NCBI GenBank assembly: GCA_038321315.1
Contig: JBBQEX010000005.1
Location: 1 to 36,096, forward strand
DNA: 36,096 nt
From: Haliangiales bacterium
GTDB lineage: Bacteria; Myxococcota_A; Polyangia; Haliangiales; Haliangiaceae
Direction: 5' to 3'
Positions 9,516 through 16,752 of this stretch are shown one piece after another. A program made the position numbers and the translations under genes. Below the pieces are notes generated by a model. That model was not told the origin of the DNA. It made no database searches and was given only the letters and a program-made list of their open reading frames with translations. Every line of letters begins with the position of its first letter. The stretch's first letter is position 1.

Positions 9516-10349
9516 ATGACCGCGTACGCGTTCCGCATCGTCAACGTGTTCACCGTCGGAGCCGACAAGTTCTCCGGCAATCCACTGTGCGTCTTCGAGG
9601 ACGCGCGCGACCTCACCGACGCGCAGATGCAGCAGCTCGCGCGGCAGATGAACCTGTCGGAGACCACGTTCGTGCTGCCGAGCGCGACCGCCGACGCGCG
9701 CGTCCGCATCTTCACGCCCGGCTTCGAGATGCCATTCGCCGGCCACCCGACGCTCGGCACCGCGAGCGTCGTCGCGCAGGGCCGCGCCGCGATCGCGTTC
9801 GAGATGCGCGCCGGTCGCGTCGAGGTCACCGCCGCCGACGGCACGTACACCCTGCGTGCCGCGCGCGCGCCGGTCACCCGCGCGGTCGAGGCCACGCGCG
9901 ACGAGCTCGCGAGCATGGTCGGCCTGCCCGCCGGCTCGGTGTCCGGCGAGCCACGCTGGGTCGACACCGGCGTCGAGCAGCTCGTGATCCCGGTCGCGTC
10001 GTCGGAGCTCGTGCGCGCCGCCAGGCCGGTGCTCGCGCTGATCGAGCGCTGGGGCTTCTCCGCGGCCCGCCAGGAGGCGATGGCCTACCTGGTCGCGCCC
10101 GACGGCGTCGTGCGCTTCTTCTTCACGTCGAACGGCGCGCTCCTCGAGGATCCGGCGACCGGCTCGGCGTGCGCGAACCTCGGCGGCTGGCACCTCGCGA
10201 TGGGAACCCCACTGCCGTTCACCGCCACGCTATCGCAGGGTGACGCGGTCGGCCGGCCCTCGCGCCTCGACCTCCGGGTCGACACCGATCGCAACATCTT
10301 CGTCAGCGGCGCGGTGATCGAGCTCGGCCGCGGGACCGTCGACCTCTAG
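9516..10349 (+). CDS. PhzF-family phenazine-biosynthesis-like isomerase
   Basis: MTAYAFRIVNVFT...GNPLCVF...LSETTFVLP...FTPGFEMPFAGHPTLG are conserved PhzF/YddE motifs. ATG at 9516 is in the frame of ORF 9252..10349. Confidence 0.75.
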   Translation: MTAYAFRIVNVFTVGADKFSGNPLCVFEDARDLTDAQMQQLARQMNLSETTFVLPSATADARVRIFTPGFEMPFAGHPTLGTASVVAQGRAAIAFEMRAGRVEVTAADGTYTLRAARAPVTRAVEATRDELASMVGLPAGSVSGEPRWVDTGVEQLVIPVASSELVRAARPVLALIERWGFSAARQEAMAYLVAPDGVVRFFFTSNGALLEDPATGSACANLGGWHLAMGTPLPFTATLSQGDAVGRPSRLDLRVDTDRNIFVSGAVIELGRGTVDL

Positions 10350-11085
10350 AAGTAGTACGACAGGCCGATCGTGAACTGGCCGCCCTCGAGCTTGGTCGAC
10401 TCGGCCATGGTCGGCGTCGTCGGCTGGGTCGGGGGCGGGTTGCCGGTGCTCGTCGTGTTCGGCGGGGGCGACGGCATCGGCGGGGTCTCCTTCGTGGTGC
10501 CGCCGTGGTCGTGGTCCTTGCCGATCGTGATCCAGCGGAGCTCGGCCTGGAGCGCGAACCGCTCGAAGCGACGCTCGACGCCGATGCCGAGCTGGCCGTG
10601 CGGCTTGGTCGCCGCGTCGCGCTCTTCCTTGGTCGCTTCGGCGCTCGCGATCGCGGTCTTGCCGAGGCCACCCATCACCCACCAGTTCCAGTCGGCGCCC
10701 GGGTCGAACCGGTAGCGGAGGCCGAGCGTGCCGGACGACAGCTGGCGATCGCCGGCGTTGCCGTCGGGGAGCTGCTCCTTGCCGCCGCCGAGCGCGAGCT
10801 CGAGCTCGAGGTGGCGCGTCGCGCGATAGCGCAGCGCGAGCTCGCCGATCGCGAAGTCGGTCTTCGCGTCCGGGCTCTGCTTGGGTGCGAGGCTGACCTG
10901 GCCGAGGGCGAAGCCGAGCGACCAGCGCTGACCCTTCGCGCACGGCGCGGGGGTGGGGCGGTCGGTTCGACCATCGACGGCCCCATCGCCCCGGGATCGC
11001 TCTCGACCTCACCGGGAGCCTCGGCAAGCGCGACCGAACCGGAGAGCATGATGGACGACGCGAAGACGAGCGCAGTGGGACGCAT
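10346..11085 (-). pseudogene. Outer-membrane beta-barrel protein (about 246 aa) disrupted by a +/-1 frameshift in a homopolymer run; either a pseudogene or a sequencing error
   Basis: The signal peptide MRPTALVFASSIMLSGSVALAEA is in the frame of ORF 10675..11085, which then turns to Arg/Ser junk. The barrel body (…KGQRWSLGFALGQVSLAPK…GELALRYRATRHLELELALGGG…FTIGLSYYF) is in the frame of ORF 10346..10678 and is open upstream to 11009. The frames switch inside ggcgcgggggtggggcgg (about 10944-10963). Confidence 0.55.
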
Positions 11086-11245
11086 GGGTCAGGTATCGTT
11101 CCACAACTCGTGCCACGCCAACAGCGCGAAATGGAGCAAGCCCGGCCTCCGGCTGGGCGTAGATGATCGGGTGGCAGACGTTGCCAGCTGGATTCCCCGA
11201 CACCGGGCGTTGGTAACTCCTACAGTCCTTCCGTACGATAGCGTG

Positions 11246-11998
11246 ATGACGCGGCGGACCTTCGCGGTCGGGGACATTCACGGGGATCTCGGGGCAGTCG
11301 AGAAGCTGTTCTCGCGGATCCCGGAGCTCACTCCGGATGACACGGTCGTCTTCCTCGGCGACTTCATCGACCGCGGGCCCGACTCGGCCAAGGTCGTCCA
11401 GTGGGTGCGCGACCTCCAGGCCAACAGCCCTGCCAAGGTGGTCTGTCTGCGCGGCAATCACGAGGATGCCTGGCTCGAGGTCATCGACCGCGGCTGGGCG
11501 GAGTTCGTGTTCCCGCGCGGCAACGGTTGCTTCGAGTCCCTGCGCTCGTTCGCCGGTGGCAAGCCGCCGACCGACGACGAGCTGCCGACCGAGGACGAGC
11601 TCGAAGCGATGATCACCGGCAGCTTCTTGCCGGTCGAGGTCGTGTCGTGGTTCCGCGAGCTCGCGCACTTCTACGAGGACGAGCACGCGATCTACGTGCA
11701 CGCCGGGATCAAGCGCGTCGACGGCGAGTTCCCGCATCCGTCGAAGGTCGATCCGCCGCGCGCGCTCCTGTGGCTGCGCGATCGCGACTTCTTCGAGCAC
11801 TACCGCGGCAAGCTCGTCGTGTTCGGCCACACGACGACGCGGACGTTGCCGAACGAGCTGTCGACCTACACGCCCGAGGATCCGACGGACCTGTGGGCCG
11901 GCCCCGCGTGCGTCGGGCTCGACACCGCCTGCGGCAAGGGCGGATTTCTCACGGCGTTCGAGCTCCCCGATCGAAAAGTCTACGAATCGCGTGACTGA
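11246..11998 (+). CDS. PPP-family serine/threonine protein phosphatase / metallophosphoesterase (ApaH/PrpE-like)
   Basis: GDIHGDL, GDFIDRGPDS and LRGNHE are the canonical GDxHG / GDxxDRG / GNHE motifs. ATG at 11246 is in the frame of ORF 10505..11998. Confidence 0.8.
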   Translation: MTRRTFAVGDIHGDLGAVEKLFSRIPELTPDDTVVFLGDFIDRGPDSAKVVQWVRDLQANSPAKVVCLRGNHEDAWLEVIDRGWAEFVFPRGNGCFESLRSFAGGKPPTDDELPTEDELEAMITGSFLPVEVVSWFRELAHFYEDEHAIYVHAGIKRVDGEFPHPSKVDPPRALLWLRDRDFFEHYRGKLVVFGHTTTRTLPNELSTYTPEDPTDLWAGPACVGLDTACGKGGFLTAFELPDRKVYESRD

Positions 11999-12545
11999 AG
12001 CTGCGGCGCTGCGCGCGAACCTTCGCGCCGGCGGACGCGGTCTTCGCGCGATCCGCGTGCTTGCCTAGCATCTGGCGCTCCTTGTCGGTGCCGACGAAGA
12101 TCTCGCGCGTCTTCGCGAGGATGTCGAACCACGACCACGCGACGCCGAAGTTCATGTCCTGATCGCCCATGTGGTGGTCGTAGTGCCACGACAGGTGATC
12201 GCGCGCCCACGCCGGATCGAGGTGGGCGTGCCGGTGATCGCGGCGATAGCGGTACAGGCAGTACCAGACCGTCGCGGTGTAGAACGGGGCGATCGGGAAC
12301 AGCGGCACGTGGACGAGCGCGATCGCGGCGAGCCCGATCGCCTCGCGCGCCTGCGTCGGCGTCGACCACACCGGACCCTCGTACGCCGGGTCGTAGCCCC
12401 CGTTGCGGCGCACCGCCTGATGATGATCGTGATAGTGGAACGAGAACCGGCTCGCACGATCGCGACCGAGGCCGTGGAGCACGTGCTTGTGGATCGCCCA
12501 CTCGCCGTAGCCGAACACCGCGAAGGCGACCGGGATCCCGAGCAT
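11949..12545 (-). CDS. Fatty-acid hydroxylase / sterol desaturase superfamily integral membrane protein
   Basis: His boxes HKHVLH, HYHDHH and HYDHH, with hydrophobic spans. Start at MLGIPV (Met83 of ORF 11949..12791). The 3' end overlaps the convergent phosphatase gene by about 50 nt. Confidence 0.65.
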   Translation of the reverse strand: MLGIPVAFAVFGYGEWAIHKHVLHGLGRDRASRFSFHYHDHHQAVRRNGGYDPAYEGPVWSTPTQAREAIGLAAIALVHVPLFPIAPFYTATVWYCLYRYRRDHRHAHLDPAWARDHLSWHYDHHMGDQDMNFGVAWSWFDILAKTREIFVGTDKERQMLGKHADRAKTASAGAKVRAQRRSFSHAIRRLFDRGARTP

Positions 12546-12553
12546 GCGAGAGC

Positions 12554-12880
12554 TTACTTCGGCGCCGGCAGATACGCGCGCGGAATCGCGCCGCCCGCGA
12601 GGAACTGGCGGCGCCGGCGGCGACCGAGCGCGCGCTGGGTCGCGAGGATCGAGCCGAACCCGGCGAACGCGCCGCCGGTCGCGACGATCCAGCTGAACCC
12701 GAGCATCGGCAACACGACGCCGATCGAGATCATCGCGAGCATGCCGCCGAGCACGCTGACGATGATGTCGCTCGCGTTGCGACGGTTCCACGCATCGAAC
12801 GCGAGCTCGCAGTCACCGCACCAGCCGGTGCGGGCGAGCGTCGTGTCGGCCTGGCAGCGCTTGCAGGTCATCGACCCCAC
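12554..12880 (-). CDS. Small membrane protein with an N-terminal zinc-ribbon (CxxC…CxxC) and two TM helices
   Basis: MTCKRCQ…WCGDCE, then two hydrophobic helices (VSVLGGMLAMISIGVVLPMLGF, IVATGGAFAGFGSILA) and a basic tail. Sits 8 nt upstream of the hydroxylase gene. Confidence 0.5.
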   Translation of the reverse strand: MGSMTCKRCQADTTLARTGWCGDCELAFDAWNRRNASDIIVSVLGGMLAMISIGVVLPMLGFSWIVATGGAFAGFGSILATQRALGRRRRRQFLAGGAIPRAYLPAPK

Positions 12881-12926
12881 GCTGCGCTCGGGCTGCTCGC
12901 TTCGCTCGCAATCGCGGTCATCGCGG

Positions 12927-13763
12927 TCATCGCGTGACGGTATAGCCCGCGCGCGCGAGCAGGGTAGGGAGGCCGCCGTCGCCGAGCAGGTGGCCGAGGC
13001 CGACCGCGACGAACGTCGTGCCGGTCGCGTCGACGTAGGCCTCGATCTTCGGCAGCCACACCGTGTTGCGATCGGAGATCAGGTGCGAGCTGTCGACCAG
13101 CAGCTTGATCTTCAGCGCCTCGGCGTCGCTCGCGAGGTACGCGGCCTGCGTCTGATCCTGGCTGCAGCGGATCGAGCGCCGCGCGTGGATCGCGTCCGCG
13201 AGGTCGCTCGGCGCGACCGCGGCGTCGAGCGCGGCGAGCTGCACCTCCCAGGTCTCCAGTGCATCGATCGGCAGGTGGTGCTCGCTGGCGCGTGCGGTGA
13301 GCGCGTCGTCCATCGACGGCTTCGGCGCCGGCGCGACCTTCGCCATCAGCTTGATCATGGCGTACCACGGCTTGGCGTGACGGAGATCCTCGGTGTGGAT
13401 CGTGCCGTGCAACGCGTCGTCGAGCGCCCACCAGTCGTCGTTCGCGAGCAGGCCATCGAGCGACTTGCCGCCGTACGGGATGCGCGCGAGCTCGATGAAC
13501 TTGTCCTTGTCGGGCTCCTTGTCGCCGAGCTCCGACGCGTAGTGCTGTGCGCTCGCGAGCGCGTCCCACACCGGCTTGGCGACGTCGGGCGTCGACGCGG
13601 TGTGGATCGTGCCGAACAGGATCACCGCGCCGGGCGCGCCGGCCTTGGTGACGTGCCACAGGAACGGCGCGCCGTGCGGAGCGCTGTACTTCGGCAGCTC
13701 GCAGCGCGGTGCCGGCGTGCCGCACGCCGCGAGGGCGAGCACGAGCAGCGCGCGGGTCACCAC
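12927..13763 (-). CDS. TraB/GumN (TIKI-like) family lipoprotein
   Basis: Signal peptide with lipobox VVTRALLVLALAACG. Motifs LFGTIHTAS (GTxH) and VAVGLGHLLG (GxGHL) are characteristic of the TraB/GumN/TIKI family. The GTG start overlaps the stop of the upstream gene as GTGA. Confidence 0.65.
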   Translation of the reverse strand: MVTRALLVLALAACGTPAPRCELPKYSAPHGAPFLWHVTKAGAPGAVILFGTIHTASTPDVAKPVWDALASAQHYASELGDKEPDKDKFIELARIPYGGKSLDGLLANDDWWALDDALHGTIHTEDLRHAKPWYAMIKLMAKVAPAPKPSMDDALTARASEHHLPIDALETWEVQLAALDAAVAPSDLADAIHARRSIRCSQDQTQAAYLASDAEALKIKLLVDSSHLISDRNTVWLPKIEAYVDATGTTFVAVGLGHLLGDGGLPTLLARAGYTVTR

Positions 13764-14869
13764 AGCTTGTGCGGCCCGACGAGCGCGTCGACCTCGTCGT
13801 CGCTCGGTCCGGATTTCAGCTTGATCGTCGCGACGCCATCGGTCCCGACGGTGACGTCGAGGACGGTCGGCGCCGGCGCCGGCTTGGCGGTCACCTTGCC
13901 GTTCCCGGCGAGCACGTCGACGTCGACCGAGCGCGAGACCGGAACGTCGACGAGCGGGCAGCGCGGTGGCGTCTTCGCGTCGCCGGCGACGCACAGCGTC
14001 AACAGCTTGGCGTGCTCGAACTCCGAGCGCGTGTCGTCGTCGTTCGTCGAGCTCATCGAGTTCTGCGTGTTCTCGACGTTGCGCCAGATCCACCAGACGT
14101 CGTGCTTGCCGACCGACTTCTTCTCGACCTTGTCGATGAACGTCGCCTCGACGCCCTGCATCCGATCGATGTCGAGCTCGGCATCGGCGACGTAGCGGCC
14201 GGCATCGTCGAACAGGTACGCGTAGCTGCCGCGACCCCGCAGCTCCCACAGGTGGAGCCCGGCGAGCGGCGCCGGCGTCTTCTCCTCGCAGGTCGCGTCC
14301 GCGGCGTCGAAGTGTGGCGTGAACGCGTTCTCCTTCAGGCACGCGCACGGCTTCTGGTTCGGCTTGCACGCGAGCCCGGCGACCTCGGCTGGCGCCTTGG
14401 GGTTCTGCCCGAGGCGCACGATCGCGTCGCCGACCGTCTTGTTCGGGCGCAGCGCGACCGACGCGAGGTACGCGCGCACCGCGCCATCCTTGTCGCCCGA
14501 CTTCTCGAGCACGGTGCCGAGGTTGTAGAGGGCCGCGGCCTTCACCTTCTTGTCGATCGCGACCGCGACGGCCTCCTCGTCGGCGATCCGCGCCTTCTTG
14601 AAGTCGCCGGCGTTCATCGCCGAGAACCCCAGCTCGCCGAGCGCGCGCGCGTCGGCCGGGACCGCGACGAGCGCGGCCTCGAACTCGGGTACCGCGGCGG
14701 CCCACTGCTTGGTCTTCTGCGCCGCCCAGCCGCGCTTCATGTGCTGCTTGAACTCGGTCTTGGCCTTGGCGGTCGGCGGCGGCGGCGCCTTGTGTGGTCT
14801 GGGATCGGCGACCGCGGCCGAGGCGATCGCGAGGACGAGGACGACAGCGCGCTTCATCGCCTTCACCAT
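13757..14869 (-). CDS. Secreted TPR-like, Cys-rich protein (paralog B of a tandem pair)
   Basis: Signal peptide MKRAVVLVLAIASAAVA. TPR-like block WAAAVPEFEAALVAVPADARALGELGFSAMNAGDFKKAR. Conserved Cys pattern CKPNQKPCACLK…ATCEE…LCVAGDAKTPPRCPL. C-terminal SGPSDDEVDALVGPHKLW is shared with the gene at 14863-16056. Confidence 0.6.
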   Translation of the reverse strand: MVKAMKRAVVLVLAIASAAVADPRPHKAPPPPTAKAKTEFKQHMKRGWAAQKTKQWAAAVPEFEAALVAVPADARALGELGFSAMNAGDFKKARIADEEAVAVAIDKKVKAAALYNLGTVLEKSGDKDGAVRAYLASVALRPNKTVGDAIVRLGQNPKAPAEVAGLACKPNQKPCACLKENAFTPHFDAADATCEEKTPAPLAGLHLWELRGRGSYAYLFDDAGRYVADAELDIDRMQGVEATFIDKVEKKSVGKHDVWWIWRNVENTQNSMSSTNDDDTRSEFEHAKLLTLCVAGDAKTPPRCPLVDVPVSRSVDVDVLAGNGKVTAKPAPAPTVLDVTVGTDGVATIKLKSGPSDDEVDALVGPHKLW

Positions 14870-16056
14870 AGCTTGTGCGGGCCCACGAGGGCGTCGATCT
14901 GTTCGTCGCTCGGGCCCGACGTCAGCTTGATCGTGACCACACCGTCGGCGCCGAGCGCGACGTCGAGCAGCGTCTCGGTCGAGCTCGACTTCTTGGCGAC
15001 CTTGTCGTCGGGCCCGAGGGTCTCGCTCTCGAGCTTGCGCTGCTTCGGGATCCCGACGAGCGGACAGCGCGTCGGCTGCTTGGCCTCGCCGACCACGCAG
15101 ATCGTGACCTCGTGCCCGGTCAGGATCTCGGTCGTGACGTCGTCGTCATCGCCGGTCGACTCGCTCGAGTTGTCGATCGACGTCTCGATCCACAGCACCT
15201 GGTGGGTCCCGAGCTTCTTGACCTCGATCCTGTCGACCGTCGTGGTCTGCATCGCGCGGCGCTGTTCGTCCTCGAGGCCGAGGTCGGCGATGTAGCGACC
15301 GGCGTCGTCGAACAGGTAGTCGAACTCGGTGTGCGTGCGGTCGTCGTCTTCCTGCTTCCACACGTGGAAGCCGGGCGCGGGTGGCGGACCCTCGGTGCAC
15401 TTCGCGACGTCCGACGTCATCTTGCCCATGAACGCGTCCTGCTTCATGCAGTCGCACGGCTTCTGATCGGGCTTGCAGACCTCGGTGACCGCGACCGCCG
15501 GATCCTTGCCGAGCTTGCCGACCGCCTCCATCACCGTCTTGTTCGGGCGCAGCGCGAGCGACGCGACGTACGACTTGAGCGCGCCGTCCTTGTCGCCGGT
15601 CTTCTCCTGCACGGTGCCGAGGTTGTAGAGGCCCGCGGCCTTCACCTTCTTGTCGACCGCGATCGCGATCGCCTGCTCGTCGGCCTCGCGCGCCTTCTTG
15701 AAGTCGCCGGCGTTCATCGCCGACCAGCCGAGCTCGGTGAGCGCGCGCGGATCACTCGGGATCGCGACGAGCGCGGCCTCGAACTCCGGCACCGACTCCG
15801 CCCACTTCTTGGCCTTCTGCGCCGTCCAGCCTGCCTTCAGGTGCTTCTTGAACTCGGCCTTCTGCTCGGCGGTCGCCGGGGCGTGCTTGTGCGTCCGCTT
15901 CTTCGACGGCGCCGCGGAGCCCGAGCCCGCCTTCGGCGCCTCGACGACCTTCGGCGCGACCGCGCTGCCGCTGCCGCTGCCGGTCTTCGCCGGATCGTTC
16001 GCAGGTGCCTTGCCGCAGCCGACCGTCAACACCGCGACCGCGAGCAGGAGCTTCAT
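14863..16056 (-). CDS. TPR-like, Cys-rich lipoprotein (paralog A of a tandem pair)
   Basis: Lipoprotein signal MKLLLAVAVLTVGCG. Gly/Ser/Ala/Pro/Lys-rich linker. The same TPR-like block and Cys pattern (CKPDQKPCDCMK…AKCTEG…ICVVGEAKQPTRCPL). C-terminal SGPSDEQIDALVGPHKLW. ATG at 16054-16056. Confidence 0.65.
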   Translation of the reverse strand: MKLLLAVAVLTVGCGKAPANDPAKTGSGSGSAVAPKVVEAPKAGSGSAAPSKKRTHKHAPATAEQKAEFKKHLKAGWTAQKAKKWAESVPEFEAALVAIPSDPRALTELGWSAMNAGDFKKAREADEQAIAIAVDKKVKAAGLYNLGTVQEKTGDKDGALKSYVASLALRPNKTVMEAVGKLGKDPAVAVTEVCKPDQKPCDCMKQDAFMGKMTSDVAKCTEGPPPAPGFHVWKQEDDDRTHTEFDYLFDDAGRYIADLGLEDEQRRAMQTTTVDRIEVKKLGTHQVLWIETSIDNSSESTGDDDDVTTEILTGHEVTICVVGEAKQPTRCPLVGIPKQRKLESETLGPDDKVAKKSSSTETLLDVALGADGVVTIKLTSGPSDEQIDALVGPHKLW

Positions 16057-16069
16057 GGCGCGGACGGTA

Positions 16070-16738
16070 CTACGGCTGTCGCGGGAAGCCCTCGAACAGG
16101 TAGCCGCGATCGGAGCCACCGTCGATCAACCGGACCGCGCAGTTGTGCGGATTGGTCTCGGCCTCGAACCACTCGGGCGACAGGTGACACCACATCATGA
16201 CGAACGCGCGCAGCGTCACGCCGTGGCAGATCACGACGAGGTTCTTGATGCCGTGCTCGATGTGATCGCGATGGAACGTCCCGAACGCCTGGTGGATGCG
16301 CTTGGCGACATCGAACCGGCTCTCGCCCATCGGCATACGTGCCCAGAACTTGCCGCCGAACCGACACGTCATGTCGTAGTACGCGTGCTCCTGCGGGAAG
16401 CGCACCGGCAGATCCTCGTCGGGCACGCCGTCGAACAGGCCGAACTGTTGCTCGCACAGGAGGATGTGCTCGACGCGATCGGTGATCCACGGACCGCAGG
16501 TCTCCATCAGCGCGTCGGCGGTCTGGCGCGTGCGCAGGTACGGGCTCACCCACAGCCGCACGTGCGGGCGCGAGTCACCGAGATCCGCGGCGAGGCTCGC
16601 GGCGACGCGGCGGCCGGCCTCGCGCGCCTGCTCGACGCCGCGATCCGACAGCGGCACCGCGTGATCCGCCGTGGTCTGGTGGATCTGCGCGTTCAGGTTG
16701 CCGAGCGACTCGCCGTGACGCACGAGGATGATCCGCAC
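16070..16738 (-). CDS. Histidine phosphatase superfamily protein (phosphoglycerate-mutase-like branch)
   Basis: VRIILVRHGESLGN (the RHG catalytic motif) near the N-terminus, and a later HG in the GHGIKNLVVICHGVT region. GTG start 14 nt downstream of the previous gene's stop. The remaining upstream codons of the 830-aa ORF are junk. Confidence 0.65.
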   Translation of the reverse strand: MRIILVRHGESLGNLNAQIHQTTADHAVPLSDRGVEQAREAGRRVAASLAADLGDSRPHVRLWVSPYLRTRQTADALMETCGPWITDRVEHILLCEQQFGLFDGVPDEDLPVRFPQEHAYYDMTCRFGGKFWARMPMGESRFDVAKRIHQAFGTFHRDHIEHGIKNLVVICHGVTLRAFVMMWCHLSPEWFEAETNPHNCAVRLIDGGSDRGYLFEGFPRQP

Positions 16739-16752
16739 GCCGTCACGGTACC

